Positions 42,600-50,154 of a DNA stretch of 64,000 bases are shown piece after piece. Position 1 is the first letter of the stretch. The number at the start of each line of letters is the position of its first letter. The position numbers were made by a program, and so were the translations under genes. Under the pieces are notes generated by a model. The model was not told the DNA's origin. It did not search any database and was given only the letters and a program-made list of their open reading frames with translations. Source of the stretch: a virus. Where the stretch lies: positions 11,766-75,765 of IMG/VR virus record IMGVR_UViG_3300048583_000222; one strand, written 5' to 3'.

Positions 42600-42929
42600 T
42601 TAATTTCCGAATGTGCTTCGAAGACTTCTAACGAATCGATCCCAGGCCTGTACCAGTGCGAACCACGCATCTCTGAGGGATAGGCCTTGTACAGGACCAG
42701 TACTGCCACCCCTGCCAGCGCTTCCAGCAGCAGTATAACCAGAATAGTCCTGAGCAGTTTTCGTGATAGGGTCAGATGTGAGCGATGGTTTATCATGTGA
42801 TGATGGTTTCTGTGTCAGTTTGATCTTCCCCGGGACAATGTGTTTGTACTCAGCCTCCAGTGCAGACTTCATGTGCTGTGTGATCTGCGCTGCCGGTGGA
42901 ATGTCCTGTAGTCTGTACTTCCTTGCCAT
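42600..42929 (-). CDS. Hypothetical protein (109 aa from MARKY); first gene of left operon
   Basis: Internal ATG of ORF 42600..43028; overlaps an alternative hydrophobic ORF (42596..42796) in another frame. Confidence 0.4.
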   Translation of the reverse strand: MARKYRLQDIPPAAQITQHMKSALEAEYKHIVPGKIKLTQKPSSHDKPSLTSDPITKTAQDYSGYTAAGSAGRGGSTGPVQGLSLRDAWFALVQAWDRFVRSLRSTFGN

Positions 42930-42949
42930 GAGATGAAGGTAACTACATT

Positions 42950-43110
42950 TCTGATATGTAGTGCAGACTACACAAAATTTTTTTAGTTGTGTGGAAAAGT
43001 AGTGTCGCGGGCGAGGAGTGGGTACCACTTCTGTTCAGGCCCCCCTACTAACTTTTGCGGAGGGTTAGCCCCCGCACACCTAAGAGCGTTCACTAATTTT
43101 CACCATAAAA
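42950..43110. promoter_or_regulatory. Divergent strand-switch region with clustered inverted repeats (candidate origin/terminus/control region)
   Basis: TGTAG-tgcaga-CTACA, ACACAA-(A/T tract)-TTGTGT, GTGG-ggta-CCAC and CTAAC...GTTAG; genes diverge on either side. Confidence 0.45.
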
Positions 43111-43120
43111 ACTCACACAA

Positions 43121-43723
43121 ATGAGCACGAAAAACAAGCGCACCGTAGGTGCAGAAGAGTCCAGGTTCAATGCCATCATGAACTCACGTTTGGTAGCAGG
43201 ATTGCACAACGCAGGCGAGCCTGTCCGTTGCAAGGTCTCTGGCAATCCACTGTTGGGATACTGGGATGAGCGTATCGTTAATCCCACAACTGGCGAGGTT
43301 GGTGCCCTGAAGGACATCTACTCGTTCAACGTGAGCAAGTTGCCTGTCATCCAGAGTCCATGGTTCAAGACGAATCATGCCAATGCCATTGCATTGGAGG
43401 CAGCTGGCGAGGTTGACCAAGCACGTGAGCTGTTCAACAAGCTCATGAATGCTACTCAGCTGACCATGGGCATCATCAACCGCGATGGCACGAAGGCCCA
43501 GTTTGCGAGCAATCAGCTCGTGGACGTGGTTATCGGAACAGCCAGCGTGGAGGATAAGGATGCTAATGGTAATCTGCTTGGCACGACGCATACCGCGTTG
43601 ATTGCCGAGGGGATTACGCCTGTTACCGCCACCAAGCTCACCAAGCAGATTATGTTTGGCGCTGACGTGGAGGAGATTGACGAGGAGCCTGCAAAGGTGA
43701 TCGGCAAGGTTGCCAGCAAGTAA
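43121..43723 (+). CDS. Conserved hypothetical protein, possible OB-fold/SSB-like (200 aa)
   Basis: Clean ORF with AC-rich leader, biased codons, acidic C-terminal patch (DVEEIDEE) and its own terminator; function is a guess. Confidence 0.55.
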   Translation: MSTKNKRTVGAEESRFNAIMNSRLVAGLHNAGEPVRCKVSGNPLLGYWDERIVNPTTGEVGALKDIYSFNVSKLPVIQSPWFKTNHANAIALEAAGEVDQARELFNKLMNATQLTMGIINRDGTKAQFASNQLVDVVIGTASVEDKDANGNLLGTTHTALIAEGITPVTATKLTKQIMFGADVEEIDEEPAKVIGKVASK

Positions 43724-43740
43724 GATCTTCTGCACGACCA

Positions 43741-43778
43741 AGGAGAGTGGCCCGCAAGGGCTGCTCCCCTTGTTTTTG
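43741..43778 (+). terminator. Rho-independent terminator
   Basis: AGGAGAGTGGCCC GCAA GGGCTGCTCCCCT hairpin followed by TGTTTTT. Confidence 0.75.
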
Positions 43779-43791
43779 ACGAGCGCAGGGC

Positions 43792-44373
43792 TCAGGTACT
43801 GAGTAGGCGAGCTCCTTCGAAGTCCAGTCCATCAACTGGTTTTAGGTCCCTGAGCATGTCATCTGTTGGTCGTTTGTTGATCAGCATGTTGGCAGTGGTC
43901 GCCGTGACCTCCACAGCACCGCCACGCCTTAGGTGTACGGGATTGACGATGTAGATATGTGTAGTCTCCGTTGGAATGAGGATGCTCTTGTCAATGAGAC
44001 CTTTAATGGCTGTCCTGTACTCAGTGGAGTTACGCTTACGCGTGACATCAGCTTTCCACAATGCATTGTTTTCGTACAGATCCAGCATAATGAGCCCGAC
44101 TAAGTACCACTCTGAGCGGGTACATTGGGCTGCAAGGTCAGTGTGCGTCACTACAATGGGCTGTCTAAGCCTATGCGATGTCTCTCCGGTGCGATGTCTA
44201 CTGTACTTTGTACCATTCATCTGTGTACGATACTGGTTGAACTCCTTGATCTGCTTGGAGATAGACTGTCCAATGCCCATGACTGCGAAGAAAGCGGGTA
44301 ATGCGTTCGATTTACGTCTCATTTGCGGTGATTTCCCGACAAGATACGACATTTTACGGAGAAAAGCCGACAA
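43792..44373 (-). CDS. Second RepL-like winged-helix protein (start uncertain)
   Basis: EWYLVGLIM...YRTAIKGLIDKSIL...IYIVNPVHLRRG; the YxxNP...G tail is typical of RepL-like proteins. Confidence 0.55.
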   Translation of the reverse strand: MSAFLRKMSYLVGKSPQMRRKSNALPAFFAVMGIGQSISKQIKEFNQYRTQMNGTKYSRHRTGETSHRLRQPIVVTHTDLAAQCTRSEWYLVGLIMLDLYENNALWKADVTRKRNSTEYRTAIKGLIDKSILIPTETTHIYIVNPVHLRRGGAVEVTATTANMLINKRPTDDMLRDLKPVDGLDFEGARLLST

Positions 44374-44824
44374 ACAATCTTTGTGAACGAGCCACTATGG
44401 CTGATCTATATTTCTACCTCTGATAAGAGAGGGGGTTAGGGGGAGAGATAGGGTTCGAGTCCTAACAAGGATCCTGCACATTGCGTAGAAATCGTACAAA
44501 ATGCTACTAAAAGAGCCTCAAAGCTACGCAAAGTCTCATGAATCAGACTCAGTGGCAGGTGTTGTTCTCGTTTTACCATCGAAAGTCCAACTATTGAGAC
44601 CTTCGGTCGGCCTCGCGGCGGGCCTATACCACTCGACCACTCTCAGGTCAACTGACACACTGTCCTATTCCTCCCTTCCCTGGCAGTCTATGTAGCTCAC
44701 AAGCCATCACACAGCCTACAACTGCCTCATCCTGACCCATATACAACGTACCTCTTGTAGCTTGTACACGCTCCAGTCCACACACAACTCACGAAACATT
44801 CACAATAACCATAAACCATTTCAC

Positions 44825-45058
44825 ATGAAAAGGATCATCGCACACATCTCATTCACACTCGGCATCCTCATGCCACTGGCCTGCCTCTTCAACGCCTACC
44901 ACCTGTACATGTACACATACCTGGATGCACCTCGCATCTTCCTCATGCTCTTCTGCATAGGGGTATGTCCACTGTCAGCGTACGGCTTCATATCATTGTA
45001 CCAAGACCTCATGGCTTCGTACAGGCTCTCACGTTACTGTGAGGACAGGCCTGAGTGA
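44825..45058 (+). CDS. Small two-TM membrane protein (early region)
   Basis: MKRIIAHISFTLGILMPLACLF...IFLMLFCIGVCPLSAYGFISL; AC-rich leader. Confidence 0.55.
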   Translation: MKRIIAHISFTLGILMPLACLFNAYHLYMYTYLDAPRIFLMLFCIGVCPLSAYGFISLYQDLMASYRLSRYCEDRPE

Positions 45059-45237
45059 GTCTACAACTCATTGCACCCTCGAATCGACTCTGTGTCCACT
45101 ATTGGTACGTGGACATGCTACCACAGCAGGAGGAAAACTTCTAGAGGGTGCATACTTTACCGGGGACAATGGGCACCTCGTAAGCTGAGCGAACTCAGCA
45201 TTGCCCTTATTTTGACAGCTATCAGCTACTTACACAT

Positions 45238-45642
45238 ATGTTGTATTGTATAGAACTCCGACCAATAGCAGGTATATGCTACACTCTTGTGGTAGAAGCA
45301 GACAATCCAGCACATGCCATGGCCTCATTATCACGTACCATGCGTATTGAGCTTGGTGTATACCGTGCACGTAACATCAAAGAGGGTAAATCCCCTGATC
45401 ATGATGAGTACCAGCACATGAAGCGTTCTAAAGAGGCCCTGCGTACAGTGCGCAAGTACTACCGAAGACATAAGCCAACCTGGGGATGGAATCAGCCTGT
45501 ACCGTTTGTTACAGTAAGCCTCATCCCACCTGGTATGGCATGCAGTGCATCTTATTTCGGATACGGTGCTAACGGTGATCGCAGTATCGTAGGCCGTAAA
45601 TTCTTTCAAACCCAAGATCTACTGACCCGCAAGAAGTCATAG
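45238..45642 (+). CDS. Hypothetical protein
   Basis: 134-aa ORF in the early gene run. Confidence 0.45.
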   Translation: MLYCIELRPIAGICYTLVVEADNPAHAMASLSRTMRIELGVYRARNIKEGKSPDHDEYQHMKRSKEALRTVRKYYRRHKPTWGWNQPVPFVTVSLIPPGMACSASYFGYGANGDRSIVGRKFFQTQDLLTRKKS

Positions 45643-45720
45643 TATGGGTACGGAACCATTGATACATATACGTACTGTCCCGAGCGTCTGGTAGACCAGG
45701 GGCAGTACGGTATTGGTGGA

Positions 45721-45728
45721 TAACTTTG
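45721..45728 (+). promoter_or_regulatory. Bacteroidota -7 promoter element (TAACTTTG)
   Basis: Exact TAnnTTTG 19 nt upstream of the ATG at 45748. Confidence 0.55.
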
Positions 45729-45747
45729 TAATCAACATCTACATCAT

Positions 45748-46128
45748 ATGATCACATTAGCCACCTTACCTCAGGCTACAGCTCAAGAGGTATTCGACCA
45801 AGTAGCCATTCACCTGCTCACACAAGGAGAGAAGGCCGTAAAAGATGGTACATGCTTGTACAGAACAGAGTCTGGTCTGAAGTGTGCTGCAGGAGCCCTC
45901 ATGTCAGATGAGGAGTATGCAGCGCTCCCTGAAAATGACCGAAAATCAAGTTGGCGTAATCTGGTGTACGCTACACTAGCACCTTTCGAACATGTTGACT
46001 TGATAAACAGCTTGCAACACATTCATGACAGCGCTAATGTAGATAACTGGGAAAGATATCTGCTTATAACAGCCAGAGACTTTAACCTGAGGCCAACAGT
46101 AGTCACCAACTTCAAACATGCTGTATGA
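45748..46128 (+). CDS. Widespread phage hypothetical protein
   Basis: QEVFDQVAIHLLTQ...CLYR...LKCAAGALM.D.EY...LQHIHD pattern common in phages. Confidence 0.7.
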   Translation: MITLATLPQATAQEVFDQVAIHLLTQGEKAVKDGTCLYRTESGLKCAAGALMSDEEYAALPENDRKSSWRNLVYATLAPFEHVDLINSLQHIHDSANVDNWERYLLITARDFNLRPTVVTNFKHAV

Positions 46129-46179
46129 GTGACAAAAAGAAGGATACTTTTTAAAGCTTACCATGTGAAGCATGGTTAT

Positions 46180-46220
46180 GGGTGTATCCTAGTCGCTTTC
46201 TAGGCACCCTTTATTTCTTT
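46180..46220 (+). terminator. Terminator-like hairpin
   Basis: GGGTG..CCTAG tcgcttt CTAGG CACCC followed by TTTATTTCTTT. Confidence 0.6.
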
Positions 46221-46234
46221 ATCTTGTCACCAAA

Positions 46235-46462
46235 TTGTATCCACGTATGGAACATACCTTCATACCCCGGGAGATCTACCTTCAGATGGTAGCAGTCTCC
46301 ACAGGACAGACCAGGGAATTGCTGCAACACATCGCAGACAACTGGGGCAGTCCCCGAGCTGAGTTCTATTTTCAGCTCCATAGTTGTAAAGCACTGGTCA
46401 TACGTATCAACGAAGATGACCACTCCATGGCCAAGTCCATCCAGCCCATCTGTCACAACTGA
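46235..46462 (+). CDS. Hypothetical protein
   Basis: 75-aa ORF, start uncertain. Confidence 0.35.
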   Translation: MYPRMEHTFIPREIYLQMVAVSTGQTRELLQHIADNWGSPRAEFYFQLHSCKALVIRINEDDHSMAKSIQPICHN

Positions 46463-46499
46463 TCTAACATTCATCACCATCATCAAAACAAAACGCATC

Positions 46500-46739
46500 A
46501 TGAAACCAAGAGCTGTTTCACCACCACCGTCTATTAGTAAGAAAGAGGCCGGCATCAAGCTGGCAAAGAGTTTTATTGCATTGTTCTTCCCATTCTTATT
46601 GATATGGGCCTTGTACATACTCACCGGGTTTGCCTTTGAGCCTGGAGATGTATTTGCATCTCCCACATTCTGGGCCATAACCACCTTCTACATGATGCTG
46701 GCATTGTGCATTGTATCACATATCTGGGAGGAAAACTAA
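46500..46739 (+). CDS. Small two-TM membrane protein
   Basis: MKPRAV...FIALFFPFLLIWALYILTGF...FWAITTFYMMLALCIV. Confidence 0.6.
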   Translation: MKPRAVSPPPSISKKEAGIKLAKSFIALFFPFLLIWALYILTGFAFEPGDVFASPTFWAITTFYMMLALCIVSHIWEEN

Positions 46740-46744
46740 GGAGT

Positions 46745-47053
46745 ATGAAAAAGAACTATGTGATTTACAAGTACTGTCCCCGGGTAGGGGAGCCCATGAC
46801 AGCGTACAAAGACCTGCGGGTACTGTCCATTCAGTACAATGCAATGGATGTCAATGGCGAGTCATTCTGTATATGGGCAGTAGTGGATACCAATTCACCT
46901 GCTCATGACTACCATTTCAGGATACTGGGAACAGGTAGTCAGCTTGATCCAAGATATCCGTATTACCTTGCTACATTTCAAATGGTACCATTCGTATGGC
47001 ACCTGTTCTGTGATCAGAATATCGATCCCATCAACAGTAAACATTTTCTCTAA
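46745..47053 (+). CDS. Widespread small phage protein (beta-rich)
   Basis: IYKY...VLSIQ...CIWAVVD...FRILGTG...YLATFQ..FVWHLF pattern. Confidence 0.65.
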   Translation: MKKNYVIYKYCPRVGEPMTAYKDLRVLSIQYNAMDVNGESFCIWAVVDTNSPAHDYHFRILGTGSQLDPRYPYYLATFQMVPFVWHLFCDQNIDPINSKHFL

Positions 47054-47076
47054 CAAATCAACAATCTTCCAAGAAC

Positions 47077-47505
47077 ATGAAAAGATTATTTACGGTACTG
47101 TTAGCCTGTCTGATGGTGGGCGCAGTACAATCCCAGGGGTACCTGGAGAATTGCACAGTAGACCGGTTCAGCTATGTACAGGCCTATGCCCAGCCGCAAG
47201 GCGGAGGTATTGAGGTAGGTGTATGGCCACAGGAGTCTGTATTTAAGCCTAAGGTAGCAGGCTCTACGGAACTGGTACAATCCACTACCGTAGCACCACT
47301 CATGTACACCACAGGCATAGCCCGGGTCAACCGGTATGTGTACGGTACAGGCAGAGTGGGTATCAATGATTTGGACCGACTCTATCTGGGTGTAGGACTC
47401 AGGCTCTCATTACCTGTATCATCCACCCCGTGCAGTGTACTGGTAGAACCCCAGTACAGCACATTAGGCTTTAACACAACAGCAGGCTTTGGCCTGGCAT
47501 TCTAA
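47077..47505 (+). CDS. Secreted small outer-membrane beta-barrel-like protein
   Basis: Sec signal (MKRLFTVLLACLMVGAVQS), alternating beta-strand pattern, C-terminal GFGLAF beta-signal. Confidence 0.55.
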   Translation: MKRLFTVLLACLMVGAVQSQGYLENCTVDRFSYVQAYAQPQGGGIEVGVWPQESVFKPKVAGSTELVQSTTVAPLMYTTGIARVNRYVYGTGRVGINDLDRLYLGVGLRLSLPVSSTPCSVLVEPQYSTLGFNTTAGFGLAF

Positions 47506-47516
47506 GGAGGTATACC

Positions 47517-47933
47517 ATGTGGATAATAATAGCTACAATCATAGGGGCACTGCTGGGAGCTGGATTGATGTACATTGCCCGGGAAAAAGAGGTGATTGAC
47601 ACGAAGAGGGACTATAGTGACCGGTTCGAGACTGCAAAGATGCTGTACAAGGAGCTCCTAACTTCCAAGGAGCGTGTTATTGCCTATCAGCGCGAAGACT
47701 TTGTGGATAAGCTGGAAACATACAAGCAACGCTTAAAAGATGTAGAGAAATTACACGCAGATTCCCGCTCTTTGGAATCACTTGCATTCTTTGAGTATGC
47801 CATCATGCGTACTATCCCCAATGTCTTTACCGACACCGACTGGGATATTATACGTGGTAAGTATGCAGTTATGTATGATGATTTCTTAATCGGCCTCAAG
47901 GCCAAAGAGGGGGTAGAGCCATGTTTCAAATAA
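47517..47933 (+). CDS. Membrane-anchored coiled-coil protein
   Basis: N-terminal TM WIIIATIIGALLGAGLMYIA followed by a charged helix. Confidence 0.6.
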   Translation: MWIIIATIIGALLGAGLMYIAREKEVIDTKRDYSDRFETAKMLYKELLTSKERVIAYQREDFVDKLETYKQRLKDVEKLHADSRSLESLAFFEYAIMRTIPNVFTDTDWDIIRGKYAVMYDDFLIGLKAKEGVEPCFK

Positions 47934-48346
47934 CATCATCCCCCTCAGTGTTTGTACTACTGGCATTGCTTGGCATCGCGTGCTTTGCGTGTACAATACT
48001 CGCTATTAAGATACAGACTGATAAAGCACACATGAAAGATATGTGGGATTTGACCGATAAACTGCTGGCCACTCGTACTAAAGACCAGGAAAAGATCAGT
48101 GATTTGGAGGGTATTCTGTGGGAATCTGAGGTAGAACTCAAAGCCCTGAAGGCTGTACAGTCACATACCACGCAGCTCCCTGCCCGTAATAAGGATGGTG
48201 TACAACTCACCGTACCCAGCTATCTGATAGCTATGGATTTTGCGGAGTATGCCCTTGCACGAGCTACATCTGTAGAGAATCTATCTAATCTGTGGAGTAC
48301 ATATTTTGAGGACTGCGCCAAACGCGCTGCACAAAATCCTCAGTAA
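47921..48346 (+). CDS. Membrane-anchored coiled-coil protein
   Basis: N-terminal TM VFVLLALLGIACFACTILAI followed by a coiled coil. Confidence 0.6.
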   Translation: MFQITSSPSVFVLLALLGIACFACTILAIKIQTDKAHMKDMWDLTDKLLATRTKDQEKISDLEGILWESEVELKALKAVQSHTTQLPARNKDGVQLTVPSYLIAMDFAEYALARATSVENLSNLWSTYFEDCAKRAAQNPQ

Positions 48347-48405
48347 CTCGCTCAATTGAGCTAAACTCTCATCAGACGCCCGGTGTTTCTACACGTGGGT
48401 TTTTA

Positions 48406-48552
48406 TTCGGCACATGATGGAAGGGCAAACATAGGGGACTCACACCCGGTATCGCTTAAACGTGTGAGCGCAGGCTGTACTCAACGTTGGTACAGCGTCA
48501 GGTAAACCTGAGCGCAAAGCTTTACTTGGAGGTTCGAATCCTCCTGGCCGAA
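48406..48552 (+). ncRNA. tRNA-Leu-like RNA with anticodon arm replaced by a multi-hairpin insert (about 147 nt)
   Basis: Acceptor TTCGGC(A)CA/TGGCCGAA, Leu-type D arm ATGATGGAAGGGCAAACAT, perfect T arm GGAGG TTCGAAT CCTCC, GCAA-capped variable arm; three extra hairpins inside. Confidence 0.65.
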
Positions 48553-48563
48553 CAAAATTGAGA

Positions 48564-48720
48564 TGTACATGCGTAAAAGCTGGAAGGGTAATTCCTATGT
48601 GCAAAAACAGAACGTAGTAGTAATACTACCGAGTGTAGTTAGTATGGTAATGGCTACACGCAGACAGCACCATAAGCCTCTGTGCATCTCAATCTTATTG
48701 ACAGCCTGGAAAGACAGGCA
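48564..48720 (+). ncRNA. Unassigned structured RNA between the tRNA-like RNA and tRNA-Phe
   Basis: Serial hairpins TGTACAT/ATGTGCA, GTAGT/ACTAC, GTGTAG/CTACAC, GCAGA/TCTGT, TCAAT/ATTGA and GCCTG GAAAGA CAGGC; no convincing ORF. Confidence 0.4.
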
Positions 48721-48723
48721 AAA

Positions 48724-48796
48724 GGAGCAATAGCAAAGTTGGTCTATGCGGCGGACTGAAAATCCGAAGATTGTGGTTCGATCCCACATTGCTCCA
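48724..48796 (+). tRNA. trnF: tRNA-Phe(GAA)
   Basis: GGAGCAA/TTGCTCC acceptor, CGGA CT GAA AA TCCG anticodon arm, TGTGG TTCGATC CCACA T arm; CCA not encoded (A-CAA). Confidence 0.9.
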
Positions 48797-48874
48797 CAAA
48801 CTAAAGTAGGTTTTTCACAGGGACTTGATCTCCTAGCCTGTTTCTACATGCTGGACTTTTTTATCTTTACCTAC

Positions 48875-49177
48875 ATGAAAAGTATCCTGTTCCTACTCCA
48901 ACTGGTATGGTGTACCACTGTGCATGCGCAGAAACACGCCGGGCCTATCTTAGAAGAGCACCCCATTTACGGCCCTACCAGCTCACTGCTGGGGGTAATG
49001 CGCAGATGGAATCCCTCTTACTTTTATCCGCTCGACTCCTCCTTCCACAAGTACATGAACAAGTACGATCGTGAGTTACTCTTCGATCCTGCACGACTGG
49101 ACATGTATCTCAAGGACAGGAAGTTCGTGTGGTTCCGCCATTCAGACACCACATTTCTACCTTTTAAATTAAACTGA
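48875..49177 (+). CDS. Putative secreted protein
   Basis: MKSILFLLQLVWCTTVHAQ signal-like N-terminus; the track's start at 48746 overlaps the tRNA and is wrong. Confidence 0.55.
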   Translation: MKSILFLLQLVWCTTVHAQKHAGPILEEHPIYGPTSSLLGVMRRWNPSYFYPLDSSFHKYMNKYDRELLFDPARLDMYLKDRKFVWFRHSDTTFLPFKLN

Positions 49178-49572
49178 TGGATAAACATCTCATCGCCCCA
49201 GCACATGTAAAGACCTTCGTATTCGGAGGCAGAGCCAAATTCATTGTACAGCATGGTCAGCAGGAGTACACACTCAGGGTAGCTGTGACTTCGTACGACA
49301 AGCACAAGTTCAACATCTACCTGAACCAGGAATGGATGGGCGCTATCTATAAAGTGGCAGGCGTTACGCTGGACCAAAAGATTGGTACAGCTGAGCAGCG
49401 ACTTGTTGTTCAGGAAATCCTTGACAGTGTACTGTACGAGAACTATCCGCATGACATGCATTTCTACCACATCGGTATTTGCGGTATCTGTGGCCGTGAC
49501 CTGACTGACCCGTATTCCATTCATATTGGTATTGGTCCCACATGCAGAAAGCGTGTAGGGCTGGTAAAATAA
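49177..49572 (+). CDS. DUF6011-like zinc-binding protein
   Basis: C-terminal CGICGRDLTDPYSIHIGIGPTC motif. Confidence 0.75.
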   Translation: MDKHLIAPAHVKTFVFGGRAKFIVQHGQQEYTLRVAVTSYDKHKFNIYLNQEWMGAIYKVAGVTLDQKIGTAEQRLVVQEILDSVLYENYPHDMHFYHIGICGICGRDLTDPYSIHIGIGPTCRKRVGLVK

Positions 49573-49667
49573 AGAGGCCCGCAGAGAACTGCAGGCCGAC
49601 TATCCAATATCCTAAGTTCCCTACGAACTCATGGAAACATTAAAAATGTCAGTGCAAATATACACGT

Positions 49668-49772
49668 ATGGAAAGCAAGAAACAACAGGATACATACAAT
49701 TTTCTAGTTATGATCCTCATCGTATTAGTAGTCAGCATAGTTACATACCTGACCAAACAGATCAGTCCTTGA
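49668..49772 (+). CDS. Small single-TM peptide (34 aa)
   Basis: MESKKQQDTYNFLVMILIVLVVSIVTYLTKQISP, translated manually. Confidence 0.4.
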   Translation: MESKKQQDTYNFLVMILIVLVVSIVTYLTKQISP

Positions 49773-49798
49773 TGATGTGGGATTGTTGTTTATGTTAG

Positions 49799-49840
49799 AT
49801 CCCTCCTGTACTGAAAAGTGCAGGGGGATTTTTTTTTTTC
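49799..49840 (+). terminator. Strong Rho-independent terminator
   Basis: ATCCCTCCTGTAC TGAAAA GTGCAGGGGGAT followed by a run of about ten T. Confidence 0.9.
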
Positions 49841-49859
49841 ACCTAAACTCAATGTGACT

Positions 49860-50135
49860 ATGTCACAACAGCCAATGAAACCCGCTCCGATTGTGCTGGA
49901 GCGAGGATACTGTACTTGTACAGCAGCACCAATGGCCCACGGAGGACTTGAAGGATACATGGACAACATGGACTACAAGTATGAACTCATGATGGACTCG
50001 GGCATACCCAGCGCACAATGGTATAGGGTATATCATCACCAGGATCCAGATGAGGATGTCTATTACCAAACCTGCAACAGTGGTATATTCAAACAACATT
50101 TCCGGATATTCCGGGTAGATACGAAATTATTGTAA
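49860..50135 (+). CDS. Hypothetical protein
   Basis: Internal ATG of ORF 49818..50135, downstream of the terminator. Confidence 0.5.
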   Translation: MSQQPMKPAPIVLERGYCTCTAAPMAHGGLEGYMDNMDYKYELMMDSGIPSAQWYRVYHHQDPDEDVYYQTCNSGIFKQHFRIFRVDTKLL

Positions 50136-50154
50136 ACGCTAAAACATAAGCAAC

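Noticed and set aside
42596-42796. Hydrophobic ORF overlapping the MARKY ORF (nested gene or spanin-like pair)
   Set aside because: No lipobox or other support; cannot decide which frame is real.
44428-44455. G-quadruplex or telomere-like TTAGGG tract
   Set aside because: Only three G-runs and a single TTAGGG; insufficient.
44445-44470. GGGTTCGAGTCC T-loop-like sequence
   Set aside because: No acceptor, D or anticodon arm can be built around it; not a tRNA.
48406-48552. tmRNA or group I intron-containing tRNA
   Set aside because: Too short, retains a D-stem, and has no tag reading frame or P7 core sequences.
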